Under the pieces are notes generated by a model that had not been told where the DNA came from, did not search any database, and worked only from the letters and a program-made list of their open reading frames with translations. From Chiloscyllium plagiosum (Eukaryota): 64,000 bases of DNA. Made by a program: the position numbers and the translations under genes. Location of the stretch: NCBI RefSeq assembly GCF_004010195.1, contig NC_057749.1, forward strand, positions 20,411,782-20,475,781, written 5' to 3'. Below are positions 38,349 through 52,140 of the stretch, piece after piece (position 1 is the first letter of the stretch; the number at the start of each line of letters is the position of its first letter).

Positions 38349-39158
38349 GCATACAATTACAAAGGAACATTGATGGACTCGGTGAATGGGCAAAACTGTG
38401 GCAGATGGATTTCAGTGTAAGCAAGTGTGAGATTATCTATTTGGACTGAAAAAGGACAGTTTCTAGATGGTATGAAGTTAAGTCCAGTGAATGTCCAAAG
38501 AGTCTTGGAGTTCAGGTGCATAGATCTTTAAAATGCTACAATCAGGTGCACAAAATAATGAAGAAAGTTAGTGGAATGCTGGCGTTTATATCTAAAGGAC
38601 TGAAGTACAAGGATGCAGAGGTTATGCTGCAGTTATACAAACCCTGGTTAGACTCCACTTGGAGCACTGAGAGCAGATCAGGGCACTACATCTTAGAAAG
38701 GATGTATTGGCCTCTACGGGAACACAATGTAGGTTTACAGGAATGATACCTGGACTCAGCAGTCATTAAGAGGAAAGATTATACGAATTAGGCCTGTCGT
38801 CTCCAGAATTTAGAAGATTAAGGGGTGATCAGATCGAAGTCTTCAAGATATTAACAGGAAAACGCAAGTAGATAAACTAGTTCCACTAGTAGGAGATTTG
38901 AGAACTAGGTGGGGGACAGTCTGAGAACTGGGGCAAGGCTATTTCAGAAGGGATGTTAGGGAGCACCTCGACAGACAATGGGTGGTACGTGTTTGGAACT
39001 TTATTCCTCAAATGACAATTGATGCTGGATCAGTTGTTCATTTTAAATCTGAGGTAGATAAACTTATTTGTGAAGCAAAGTATTCTGAGGTATGGGCCGA
39101 GGGAAATTAGGTCACAGATCAGCCATGATCTCAAAGAATGACAGATCAGGGCACGGTG

Positions 39159-39467
39159 GGCGGCACGGTGGCACAGTGGTTACCACTGCTGCCTCACAGT
39201 GCCAGAGACCCGGGTTCAATTCCCACCTCAGGCGACTGACTGTGTGGAGTTTGCACGTTCTCCCCGTGACTGCGTGGGTTTCCTCCGGGTGCTCCGGTTT
39301 CCTCCCACAGTCCAAAGATGTGCAGATCAGGTGACTTGGCCATGCTAAATTGCCCGTAGTGTTAGGTAAGGGGTAAATGTAGGGGTATGGGTGGTTTGCG
39401 CTTCGGCGGGTCGGTGTGGACTTGTTGGGCCGAAGGGCCTGTTTCCACACTGTAATGTAATCTAATC
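39159..39467 (+). mobile_element. HE1-type V-SINE (near-complete)
   Basis: Same head, V-domain and tail; an oppositely oriented copy follows at ~39588-39885. Confidence 0.9.
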
Positions 39468-40709
39468 AGGTTTGAGGGGATGAATGACCTATTCCTGTTC
39501 TGATGTCACTATCAATAAGTGTTTAGACATGTACCTGGGGAGGAGTTTGCAAAGAACAGCTGAGCAGTTGGACTGACTGGGGTTTTTAGATTAGATTAGA
39601 TTTACTACAGGCCCTTCGGCCCAACAAGTGCATACCAACCCTCCGAAGAGTAACCCACCCAGTTCCATTTCCCTCTGACTAATGCACCTAACACTACGGG
39701 CAATTTAGCAATGGCCAATTCACCTGACCTGTACATCTTTGGACTGTGGGAGGAAACCGGAGCACCCGGAGGAAACCCACGCAGACACGGGGAGAATATG
39801 CAAACTCCACACAGACAGTCACCCGAGGCTGGAATTGAACCTGGTACCCTGGTGCTGTGAGGCAGCAGTGCTAACCACTGAGCCGAAGTCAGGGCAGCCA
39901 CAATGGGAGAACTGACCCTTTCTGAGCTGCAAGGTGTTAAGGTTTAGTCTGTCAAATTGGCAGCTGTTCAAAAGTATGCTTTGCGTCAGAGCATTTTTAA
40001 AACTGGGCAATAATCCAAGGGCTTGCAACAATTTGCTGTGTTAGGATGCTATGTAAATGCAGGTTGTTGTTAGTTATCAGACATGCCCCGACAAATTCCA
40101 GGATAGAATCTCCTTTTAGATGTCTCCAAAACTCTCGAGAGAAACATCTGTCATTTTATTTTTGATGAGCAACTGGTCCTCTGATCGTCTCTCCCACCCC
40201 CTTCCCTTCTCCCCACTCCCCAACCCTGTGTTGTAACATCGTACAGAAGTTGAGTATCGCTGAAAGAAAGATGCTGTTCACGTTTTTCAGCTTAACTCAC
40301 CAGGACAAATGCAAGAATGCCAAATTTCAAAGGGAACAACAATTTTTACTGCACAAGAAAAAGGACTCTGGTTGTTTGTCAAGTCTTAAAATGCATAAAA
40401 TTGAATAAATCCCCAGGAACTGGTCAGGTTTTTAGATTAGATTAGCTTCCCTACAGTATGGAAACAGGCCCTTCAGCCCAACAAGTCCACACTGACCCTC
40501 CGAAGGATAACCCACCCAGGCCCATTCCGCTATCCTATTTTTACCCCTGACTAATGCACCTAACACTAAAGACAGTTCGGCTGGCTTGCACATCCCCAAG
40601 CAGACACAGGGAGAATGTGCAAACTCCACACAGTTGCCCGAGGCAGGAATCGACCCCGGGTCCCTGGCACTGTTCTCAGTGCTAGCCACTGAGCCACTGT
40701 GCTGCCTGT

Positions 40710-42390
40710 AGAACTCTGTGGGAAGCTAGGGAAGTGATTGCTGAGCCTCTTGCTCAGATATTTATCTCATCAATAGTCACAGGTAAGGTGCCGGAAGACT
40801 GGAAGTTGGCTAATGTGGTGCCACTGTTTAAGAAAGGTGGTCAGGAAAAGTGAGGGAACAGTGAGCCTGACATTGATGGTGGGCAAGTTGTTGGAGGTAA
40901 TGCTGAAGGTCTGGATTTACATGCTTTTTGGAATAGGGATCCTCAGCATGGCTTGTGCATGGGAAATCATGTCTCATGAACTTGATTGAGTTTTTTGAAG
41001 AAGTGCAGGTTAGGTAAATTGGCCATGATAAATTGCCCATAACGCACAGGGAAGTGTAGGTTAGATGCATTAGTCAAGAGTAAATGTATAGGAATAGGGT
41101 AAGGGGATGGGTCTGGCTGGGTTACTCTGTAAAGGGTCAGTGTGAAATTGTTGGGCCAAATGGCCTGTTTCCACACTGTAAGGATTCTATGATTCTATGA
41201 AAAACAAAGAGGATTAATGAGGGTAACGTGGTAAATGTAATCTATATGGACTTCAATAAGGCGTCCAACAAGGTTCCCCATGGGAGACTGATTATCAAGG
41301 CTGGATCACATGGAATACAGGGAGAACTATCCATTTGGATACAAAACTGAATCAAAGGTAGAAGACAGAGGGTGGTGGCAGAGGGTTGTTTTTCAGACTG
41401 GAGGTCTGTGACCAGTGGAGTGCCACAAGGATCGGTGCTGGGTCCACTACTTTTCGTCATTTATATAAATGATTTGGATGTGAGCATAAAAGGTATAGTT
41501 AGTAAGTTTGCAGATGACACCAAAATTGGAGGTGCAGTGGACAGTGAAAAAATTTACCTCAGAATACAATGGAATCTTGATCAGATGGGCCAATGGGCTA
41601 AGGAGTGGCAGATCAAGTTTAATTCAGATAAATGTGAGGTGCTGCATTTTGGGAAAGCAAATCTTAGCAGGACTTATATACTCAATGGTAAGGTCCTAGG
41701 GAGTGTTGCTGAACAAAGAGACCTTGGAGTGCGGGTTCATAGCTCCTTGAAGTGGAGTCACCGGTAGATAGGATAGTGAAGAAAGCATTTGGTATGCTTT
41801 CCTTTATTGGTCAGAGTGTTGAGTACAGGAGTTGGGAGGTCACGTTGCGGCTGTACAGGACGTTGGAATATTGCGTGCAATTCTGGTCTCCTTCCTATCG
41901 GAAGGATGTTGTGGAACTTGAAAGGGTTCAGAAAAGGTCCACAAGGATGTTGCCAGGGTTGGATGATTTAAGCTACAGGGAGAGGCTGAACAGGCTGGGG
42001 CTGTTTTCCCTGGAGTGCCAGAGGCTGAGGGATGACTGTATAGAGGTTTACAAAATTATGAGGGGCATGGATAGGGTTAAAATGTAAAGTCTTTTCCCTG
42101 GGGTCGGGGCATAGGTTTAGGGTGAGAGGGGAAAGATTTCAAAGGGACTTAAGGGGCAACATTTTCATGCAGTGGGTGATATGTAATGATCTGCCAGAGG
42201 AAGTGGTGGAGGCTGATGCAGTTACAATATTTAAAAGACATCTGGATGTATATATGAATAGGAAGACTTTAGAGGGAAATGGACCAAGTGCTGTTAAGTG
42301 GGACTAGATTAGGTTAGGATATGTGGTCGGCACAGACGAGTTGGAGCAAGGGGTCAGTTTCCGTGCTGTATATCTCTATGACTCTATAAT
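40710..42390 (+). mobile_element. CR1 LINE RT to 3' end, interrupted by a SINE fragment
   Basis: [42 protein letters not shown]. Confidence 0.92.
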
Positions 42391-43229
42391 GGATTTGTTT
42401 TAATCCAAATGGCGTTTGGATTAAATGCATTTTATGTGTCATAGATTCTCTACAGTGCAGAAGTAGGCCATTCGGCCCATTGGGTCCACACCAACCCTCC
42501 AAAGAGCATCCCACCCCATGGCCAATCCACCTAAACTGCACATCTTTAGATTGTGGGAGGAAACCGGAGCACCCAGAGGAAACCCACGCAGACACGGGGA
42601 GAATGTGCAAACTCCAATGTTCTTCTAACAAAATTAAGTAAATGTTTTGACAGCTGTGGAAAAAAGGACCTGTCTCCAATTTTGAGCACATATCTGAAGG
42701 TTCACTGTGGCCATTGGAGGTTTTCAGTAACAACACTTGCTAGAAATCTGCCGAGCAATGATATTTACTGATTGTGCTGTGGCACCTTACGGAGTTGGAG
42801 AGGAACTTGGGGGCAACCTTTTCACACACAGGGTGGTGCATGTATTGAATGAGCTGCCAGAGGAAGTGGTGGAGGCTGGTACAGCTTTTAAGACGCATCT
42901 GGATGGGGAAAATGAGTAGGAAGGGTTTAGAGGGATATGGGCCAAGTGCTGGCAAATGGCACTAGTTTAGGTTAGTGTATGTGGTCAGCATGGACGAGTC
43001 GGACCAAAGGGTCTGTTTCTGAGCTGTACATTTCTATCACTCTATGACACTATGTGCCTATGAGTAACAAGCTGTGATGGAGGAAAGCTTGCTCTAAACA
43101 AGCTGCCCAGCTGATCCCTCTCATTTCAGTTCAAGGTGGAACTTATTTGTTCTTTTGAAAGACTGATTTGAAAGAATATCTCAAGATTGTATTTCCTGAA
43201 CAAGCTAGGTCTTTGAAACTAAGTCTAGA

Positions 43230-45580
43230 TTAGAGTGGCGCTGGAAAAGCACAGCAGGTCAAGCAGCATCCGAGGAGTAGGAAATTCGACGTTTTGGGCA
43301 AAAGCCCTTCATCAGGAATGGAGGCAGGGAGCCTCCAGGGTGGAGAGATAAATGGTAGGGGGCGGGGGCTGGGGAGAAGGTAGCCAAGTGTACAATAGGT
43401 GGGTGGAGGTGGGGATGAATGTGATAGGTCAGCGAGGAGGGTGGAGCGGATAAGTGGGAAGGAAGATTGGCAGGTAGGACAGGTTATGAGGATGGTGCNN
43501 NNNNNNNNNNNNNNNNNNNNNNNNNNNNNNNNNNNNNNNNNNNNNNNNNNNNNNNNNNNNNNNNNNNNNNNNNNNNNNNNNNNNNNNNNNNNNNNNNNNN
43601 NNNNNNNNNNNNNNNNNNNNNNNNNNNNNNNNNNNNNNNNNNNNNNNNNNNNNNNNNNNNNNNNNNNNNNNNNNNNNNNNNNNNNNNNNNNNNNNNNNNN
43701 NNNNNNNNNNNNNNNNNNNNNNNNNNNNNNNNNNNNNNNNNNNNNNNNNNNNNNNNNNNNNNNNNNNNNNNNNNNNNNNNNNNNNNNNNNNNNNNNNNNN
43801 NNNNNNNNNNNNNNNNNNNNNNNNNNNNNNNNNNNNNNNNNNNNNNNNNNNNNNNNNNNNNNNNNNNNNNNNNNNNNNNNNNNNNNNNNNNNNNNNNNNN
43901 NNNNNNNNNNNNNNNNNNNNNNNNNNNNNNNNNNNNNNNNNNNNNNNNNNNNNNNNNNNNNNNNNNNNNNNNNNNNNNNNNNNNNNNNNNNNNNNNNNNN
44001 NNNNNNNNNNNNNNNNNNNNNNNNNNNNNNNNNNNNNNNNNNNNNNNNNNNNNNNNNNNNNNNNNNNNNNNNNNNNNNNNNNNNNNNNNNNNNNNNNNNN
44101 NNNNNNNNNNNNNNNNNNNNNNNNNNNNNNNNNNNNNNNNNNNNNNNNNNNNNNNNNNNNNNNNNNNNNNNNNNNNNNNNNNNNNNNNNNNNNNNNNNNN
44201 NNNNNNNNNNNNNNNNNNNNNNNNNNNNNNNNNNNNNNNNNNNNNNNNNNNNNNNNNNNNNNNNNNNNNNNNNNNNNNNNNNNNNNNNNNNNNNNNNNNN
44301 NNNNNNNNNNNNNNNNNNNNNNNNNNNNNNNNNNNNNNNNNNNNNNNNNNNNNNNNNNNNNNNNNNNNNNNNNNNNNNNNNNNNNNNNNNNNNNNNNNNN
44401 NNNNNNNNNNNNNNNNNNNNNNNNNNNNNNNNNNNNNNNNNNNNNNNNNNNNNNNNNNNNNNNNNNNNNNNNNNNNNNNNNNNGGAACAGGAGAATCGAC
44501 GTTTCGGGCGGATGGTAGGTAAGGACAAAGGGAAGGAGGGCTAATGCCCGAAACGTCGATTCTCCTGTTCCCTAGATGCTGCCTGACCTGCTGCGCTTTT
44601 CCAGCAACACATTTCCATCTCTGATCTCCAGCATCTGCAGACCTCACTTTCTCCTCAAGGACAAAGGGAACCCTATCACTGCTACAAGAGGGAAGAGAGG
44701 GAGAGGGAGAGGGCTAATGTGCAGAAGATGGGTCAGACCTAGTCGAGGGTCCTGTCGACAACAGTACTGGGGAATCCTTGTTTGAGGAAGGAGGTGGACT
44801 TTTTGGACTCTTCCCTTGTCGAACTTGACATCATCAGAACAAATGCGACGGAGACGGAGGAACTGAGAGAATAGAATGGCGTCTTTACAGGAAGCAGGGT
44901 GCGAGGATGTATAGTCCGGGTAACTGTGGGAGCCGGTGGGTTTACAGTGGGCATTGGTGGCCAGCCTATCCCCAGGAATGGAAACAGAGATGTGGGGAAG
45001 GGAAAGGAGGAGTCAGAGATAGACCAGGTGATGGTGAGAGCGGGGTGGAAACTGGAAGCAAAATTGAAAATCCTTTCCAATTACGGAAGCAGCACTGATG
45101 ATATATCATCGACATACTGGAGGGAGAGTTGTGGGTGAGGGCCGGAGTAGGACTGAAACAAGGAACCTTCCACGTATTCCACAAAGTGACTGGCATTGCT
45201 GGAGACCATGTGGGTGCCCACGGCCACCCCTCTGACCGGAGGAAAGTGAGTGGTGTTAAAAGAGAAAAGTTATTCAGGGTGAGAATGAGCTCAGTCAGGA
45301 GGAGGAGGAGGGTGGTGGCGATGGATGGGGGTGGTTCCGGCCTCTGCTCCAGGAAAAAGCAGAGAGTCCGGGGACCATCCTGGTTGGAGATGAGTGTGTA
45401 AAGGGATTGCACATCCATGGGAAAGAGGAGGCGGCTGGAGCCTGCAAACTGGAAATTTCCGAAAGCGACGCAAAGTGTAGAACAAACAGAAACAATGGGC
45501 CTGCCCGGTCAGTCCTGTTTGTGGGTTTTGAGAAGGAGATAGAAGTGAGCTGTGTATGGGGTTGGGACACTATGAACTTT
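43230..45580 (-). mobile_element. Penelope-like element (RT region 44660-45580, pLTR 43230-43498) spanning an assembly gap
   Basis: MDVQSLYT..LCFFLEQR..LTELILTLNNFS, a GVAMGT-like motif, FLKQGFPSTVVDR; a short palindromic element sits at ~44484-44655. Confidence 0.8.
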
Positions 45581-46469
45581 GTCCTTTAAAGCTTTATCCT
45601 TTTGATTAAACACAAACCACTTTGGCTAAAGAATTTTCTTTTCAGAAAGCCAATCTCTCCAGAGAAATCAGTTACTTTCCTCTGTTCCTGAAGAGTAAGT
45701 GTGTACTTTGCGACAATTATAGATTTAAGCACTTGTACTTCAGACATTTTAACCAAATATTAACTCTTCATCGAATCAGGTTTATTTTAATAATAAACAT
45801 GGTCGACAGATCAGGTAGTAATGGTGATCTTGGTAACTGTCGGTCTTGGATTCAGGACGAAAAAAGTATTCCTCTTTAAACCAGAATTTTCTTTAAAAAC
45901 TAAACTGAAAAGCAGAGAGAATTGTTTTATAAGCTGTTTATTTTCTTTCCCACATTGGATGAGGTTTTAAACAATTGCTGCTCACACCCTGTGGTCTCAG
46001 CTGAAGTCTATCTTGGGACAATTACCTCTGAAAGTGCAGAACAATTGTCTAAAGTGTGAGGAAATAATAACTCCCAAACAAACACTGCTGCTTCTGAAAG
46101 GCTCAGATCGCACGCAATTCCTGTTCAGTCCCAGGAGGCAATGACACTGATGGAGATTAACTGAACCATCAGATTGTGTTGAGCAGTCCCAGTAACAGAG
46201 CCGGGCTGTCTGAGATATCTGTCACCTATAAAGATGATAAAGTGCAAGACTGAAATAGACTATCCCAGGAGACGTGGCTGGACAGCGGGAGGCAGAAGCT
46301 CCCGAGGATCTTAGAATCACAAAAGCAAAGGTACTGGAGTTGAAAATGACACGCCAATAGAGACAGCCAGACAAACTGACACTTAGACCATTAACAGCAC
46401 AGAAGGAGAAGGAAACTAAAAAATCCAGTATCCCTTCAGAGGCACTTCACGCAAACGATTTCAACAGCA

Positions 46470-49400
46470 AAGAACTGTACAGTAAAGGAACAGGCCCTTC
46501 GGCCCACCAAGACTACATCACCACTCTACGCCTTTCTAAATGAAAACCTTATTCCTCTACGGGCATCGTATCCCTCTATTCCCAGCCTGTTTAGATATCT
46601 GTTGAGATGCCTCTTAAATGTATCTGCCTCTACCACCACCTCTGGCAGCCCATCACTCATGAAGTCAGAGAGTCATACAGCAGGGAAACAGACCCTTCAG
46701 TCCAACTTGTCTGTGCTGACCAGACATCCCAATCTGGCCTGGTCCCATTTGCCAGCATTTGGCCTCCACCTCGCAGCTCGTTCCATTCGCACACCACCCT
46801 CTGTGTGAAAATGTTACCCCTCAGGTCCTTTTTAAATAAAAGCATAAGACAGGAGCAGAAATTAGGCCATTCAGCCCCTCCAGTCTGCTGATAAGTTTCT
46901 CAATCCCATAACCCTTGAATGCCTCAACAATCAAGAACCTATCTATCTCAGTATCAAATATACTCAATGACCTGGCCCCCACAGCCTTCTGTGACAATGG
47001 CTGAAGAGGTTTCTCCTTATCTCCGTTCTAAAAAGTCTTCCCTTTATTCTAAAGCTGTGCCCTCGGGTCCTAGTCTTCCCTACCAATGGAAACATCTTCC
47101 CCACATTAGGTGGCTCAGTGGTGAGCACTGTTGCCTCATAGTGCCAGGGACCCAGGTTCAATTCCAGCCTCAGGCGACTGTCTGTGTCGAGTTTGCACAT
47201 TCTCCCCATGTTTGGGTGCGTTGCCTCCCACAGTCCAAAGATGTACAGGTTAGGTGAATTGGCCATGCTAAATTACCCATAGTGTTCAAGGATGTGTTGG
47301 TTAGGTGCATTAGTCAGGGGAAATGTAGAATAATAGGGAAGGGGAAGGGGAAGGGGAAGGGGAATGGGAATGGATCTGGGTGAGTTACTCTTCAGAGGGT
47401 TGGTGTGGACTTGTTGGGCCGAAGGGCCTGTTTCCACACTGTAGAGATTTGATTCTATGATAGATTCCCTCTTCATCCTTCTAAACCCCATCTAGCATAT
47501 ACCCAGAGTCCTCAAACGTTCCTCATATGTTAAGCTTTTCATTCCTGGGACCATTCTAGTGAGCCTCCTCTGAATCCGCTCCGGGGCCAGGACATCCTTC
47601 TAGAGATATGGGGCTCAAAACTGCATAAAATCCTGCAAATGTGGACTAACCAGAGCCTTATAGCCTCAGAAGTATATCCCTGTCTTTATATTCAAGTCCT
47701 CTCAAAATAATGTCATCGTTACATTTGCCTTCTTAAATACTGACTCAACCTGCAAGTTTACTTTGAGAGAATCCTGGACTAGAACTCCCAAGTCTCTGCA
47801 CTTCAGAATTCTGAATTTTCTCGCCATTTAGAAAATAGTCCATGCCTCTATTCTTCCTACCTCCTTTTTAAATAAAAGCATAAGACAGGAGCAGAAATTA
47901 GGCCATTCAGCCCCTCCAGTCTGCTCCGTCATTCAATCATCGCTGATAAGTTTCTCAACCCCATAACCCTTGATTGCCTCAACAATCAAGAACCGATCTA
48001 TCTCAGTATCAAATATACTCAATGACCTGGCCCCCACAGCCTTCTGTGACAATGGCTGAAGAGGTTTCTCCTTATCTCCGTTCTAAAAAGTCTTCCCTTT
48101 ATTCTAAAGCTGTGCCCTCGGGTCCTAGTCTTCCCTACCAATGGAAACATCTTCCCCACATTAGGTGGCTCAGTGGTTAGCACTGTTGCCTCATAGTGCT
48201 AACCCATGTTGTCCTCCATCTGCCACTTTGCCCACTCTCCTAACCTGCCCAAATCCTTCTGCAGCCTCCCCGCCTCCTCAATGCTACCTGCCCCTCCACC
48301 TATCTTTGTATCATCTGCAAACTTAGTCAGAATGCCCTCAGTTCCTTCATCTAGATCGTTACTGTATGAAGTGAAAAGTTGTGGTCCCAACACTGACCCT
48401 TGCCGAACACCACTTGTCACCGGCTGCCATCCTGAGAAGGACCCTTTTATCCCCACTCTCTGCTTTCTGCCAGACAGACAAGCTATCCATGCTAGCACCT
48501 TGCATCTAACACCATAGGCCCGAACCTTACTCAGTAGCCTCCTGTGCGGTATCTTGTCAAAGGCTTTCTTGAAGTCCAGGTAGATAACATCCATTGGCTC
48601 TCCCTGGTCTAACCTGCTCGTTATTCCTCAAAGAAATCTAGCAGAATTTTCAGGCATGACCTCCCCTTGATGAAACCATGCTGACTTTGCCCAATTTTAC
48701 CATACACTTCCAACTATTCAGAAATCGTGTCCTTCACAATGGATTCCAGGATCTTACCCACGACTGAGGTTAGGCTAATCGGTCTGTAGTTTTCTGGTTT
48801 TTTTGCCTTACTCCCTTTTGAAACAGAGGAGTCCCGTTAGCAACTTTCCAGTCTTCCGGAGCCCTCCCTGATTCTAGCAATTTCTGAAAGATCACCTCTA
48901 ACGCCTCCACTCTCTCTTCAGCTATCTCCCTTAGAACTCTGAGTGATTACTGGACCAGGTGATTTATCCACCTTTAGGACATTCAGTTTTTCCAGCACCC
49001 TCTCCTTGGTGATGGCTACCATCCTCAGCTCTGCCCCCTCACTCACTTGCATTTTTGGGGATATAACTTGTGTCTTCCACTGTGAAGACTGATGTGAAGT
49101 AATTACTCAGTTCCTCAGCCATTTCCTTGTTCCCCACTACTACCTATCCAGTGTTATTTTCCAGCAGCCACTTTTGCCTCTCTTTTGCCCTAACTCTTAC
49201 AATCTTCCTTTATATTACTGGCTAGCTTACCCTCATATTTAATCTTCTCCCTCCTTATTTCTTTTTGTTGCCCTCTGTTGGTCTTTGTAAATTTCCCAAT
49301 CCTCTGGCTTCCCACTGCCCTTCGCCACATTATATGCTTTCTCTTTTGCTTTTATGTTATCCCTGACTTCTCTCGTCAGCCATGGTTGCCTCATCCTCCC

Positions 49401-49850
49401 TGTACCATGCATTTTTTTTTTTCCTCAGGATGAATCTCCGCTGTGTTTCCTGAATTACTCCCAGAAACTCCTGCCTTTGCCGTTCCACTGTCTTTCCTGC
49501 TAGGCTCTTCCCCCAGTCAATTCTACCCAGCTCCTCCCTCGTGCCTCTGTAGTTGCTTTTATTCAGCTGCAATATTGTTACTCTGATTCTATCGTCTCCC
49601 TCTCAAATTGCAGAACAAATTCAATCATATTATGATCACTGCCTCCTAAGGGTTTCTTCACCGTAAACTCCTTTATCAAATCTGTCTGATGGCACGACAC
49701 TAAATCCAGTATTGCTTGTTCCCTAGCGGGCTCCACCAAAAGCTGCTCCAAAAAGCCATCTCATAGACATTCCACAAATTCCTTTTCTTGTGAACTACTA
49801 CTAACCCGATTTTCCCAATCCACCTGCACATTGAAATCCTTCATGATCAC
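46470..49850 (-). mobile_element. Cluster of minus-strand CR1 fragments with a SINE insertion and a local duplication
   Basis: DVIYLDFKKAFDKIPH, KFADDTKIGG, several CR1 3' tails. Confidence 0.85.
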
Positions 49851-49904
49851 TGTAACTTTCCCTTCTCATCTTAAACCTATGTCCTCTACTTTTGAACTCC
49901 CCCA

Positions 49905-52140
49905 TCCTTGAACACATTGGATGGATCTTGCAGTACAGAATTATGGGTGGAGCTCAGGAGTCGGAAAGGTGAAATAACCATGTTTCTATAGACCTCCCAA
50001 CAGCCCACGGGAGACAGGGGAGCAGATATATAGTCAGATTCTGCAAAGATGTGAAAAAAGCAGGGTAGTTGTAGTGGGTGACTTCAAGTTGTAGTGGGTG
50101 ACTTCAAGACTTTCCTCTTCTTGACTGGGAGTCGCTTAGAGCCAGGGGCTCATATGAATGGCAATTTGTTAGGTATGTCCAGGAGCACTTTTTAAGACAG
50201 TACGTTGATAACCCAACCAGAGAGAAGGCCATACTAGACTTGTTATTAGGGAATGAGCCAGGACAGGTGATCGATGTTTCAGTAGGAAAGCATTTTGGGC
50301 TTAGTGAACTTAACTCCATAAGATTTTGAGCAGTCATGCAGTAACCCTTGGGTGAGGGTGCTTAATTGGGCAAGGGCCAATTACACCCAAATTAGACAGG
50401 AACTGGGGAATGTGGATTTGGTCCTCTGTTGTTTGTAGTATAGATAAATGATCTGGGGGGAAAAGAAATGGGTGGTCTGATTAATACATTTGCAGGTGAC
50501 ACAAAGGTTGGTGGAGTTGCTGATAGTGTTGACGATTGTGATACAACAGGATACAGACAGATTGGTGACTTGGGCACAGAAATGGCCAATGGAGTTTGAT
50601 CTAGACAAATGCAAAGCAATGCATTTTTGAGGATCAAATTTAGGTGTGAATTACACTGTAAACAGCAGAACCATTAGGAACATGAACATACAGACGGATC
50701 TGGGCGTGCAGGTCCACAGTTCCCTAAAAGAGGCAATACAGGTGGGCAACGTGATTAAGGCGGCATATCACATGCTTGTCTTCATCAGCCAGGACATGGA
50801 GTACAAGGATTGGCAAACCGTTTTGCAGCAAACAAAACCACCCTTGCAAGGTCACATTTGGAATACTGTGCGCAGCTTTGGTCACCACACTACCAGAAGG
50901 ACATGGAAGCTTTGGAGAGAGTGCAGAGAAGGTTCACCGGAATGTTGCCTGGTCTCAAGGGCATTGGCTATGGGGAAAGGTTAAAAAGACTAGGATTGTT
51001 TTCACTGGGAAGACAAAACAAAAACTGCAGATGCTGGAATCCAAAGTTGACAGGCAGGAGGCTGTAAGAACACAGCAAGCCAGGCAGCATCGGGAGGTGG
51101 AGAAGCAGATAAAGGGAGTGGAGGGGGCAGGTTAGCGAATGGGGACAGGTGAAGACAAGTAGAAGGTATGACCTGGTTGGTCATACCTATTCTTTCCAAA
51201 CTCAACCCAACCGTCCCCAATAATGGCATAACTTAAATAACGGACTTAGCCAGTAGAGGTTAGCACTGAAGTTCTTTAGAGGTTATGATCTGGTTGGTCA
51301 ATGATAGGAATGAATCCAGCTGGTGACAGGGAGGAGTGGGGAGGGGCTGGGAAGGGAGGTTATTTGAAATGAGAGAATTTGCCCTTCTCCATTGCCACAA
51401 CGAACCACATCGCAAATTGGAGGAACACCACCTCATATTTCGCCTGGGCAGCCTACAGTCCGGAGGACTCAACATAAAGTTCTCCAATTTCAAATATCCT
51501 CCCGTCTCATCCCAGACTCCCTTCCCAGCCCCTCCCTTCCACTCTTCCCTGCCACCAACTGAATTCATTCCTCCAGTTAACCAACCAGGTCATACCCTCT
51601 ACCTATCTTCACCTATCCCCACTTTCCCCCCCCAGACCCCTTTATCTACAGCTCACCCCCACACCCACCCCCAGTCCTGAAGGGTTACACCCAAAACGTC
51701 AACGTCTCCACTTCCTGATGGTGCCTGGCTTGCTGTGTTCTTCCAGCCCCCTGCCTGTCTGCATTGGAAGGACAGCAGCTGAGAGGAGACCTGATAGAGA
51801 TCTACAAAATTATGAGATATAGATAGGGTGGATAGTCAGAGGCTTTTTCCCAGGGGGATTACAAACAGGGGCAAAGGTTGAAAGTGACAGGGGTAACGTT
51901 GAGGGGAGATGTGCAAGTTAAGTTTTTCCACACAGAGTGGTACAAGCCTGGAATGCATTGCCAAAGACATGGTGGAAGCAGATACATTGGTGACATTAAA
52001 GAGGCATCTGGATCATTACATGAATAGAGGGATATGGATTGAATGAGGGCAGGTGGTTTGTTTTTTTAGTCAAGTTAGGGCATAACGATTGGTACAGACC
52101 TGAAGGGCCAATGGGCTTTTTCCTGTGCTGTAAATCTTTG
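49905..52140 (+). mobile_element. Internally deleted CR1 LINE (endonuclease to 3' end)
   Basis: YRPPNS, VVVGDF, PTREKAILDLLLGNEPGQV, HLEYCAQLWSP. Confidence 0.85.
51015..51761. mobile_element. Rearranged Penelope-like fragment inserted in a CR1
   Basis: HRKLEEHHLIFRLGSLQSGGLNIKFSNF (GIY-YIG C-terminus), inverted pLTR pieces at both ends, degenerate hammerhead near 51675-51702. Confidence 0.75.

Noticed and set aside
39159..39235. tRNA-like heads with A and B boxes
   Set aside because: These are 5' ends of HE1 SINEs, continuing into the V-domain and LINE tail.
43230..44647. Long ORFs of 351-432 aa
   Set aside because: Read-through of an N gap, flanked by Penelope pLTR sequence.
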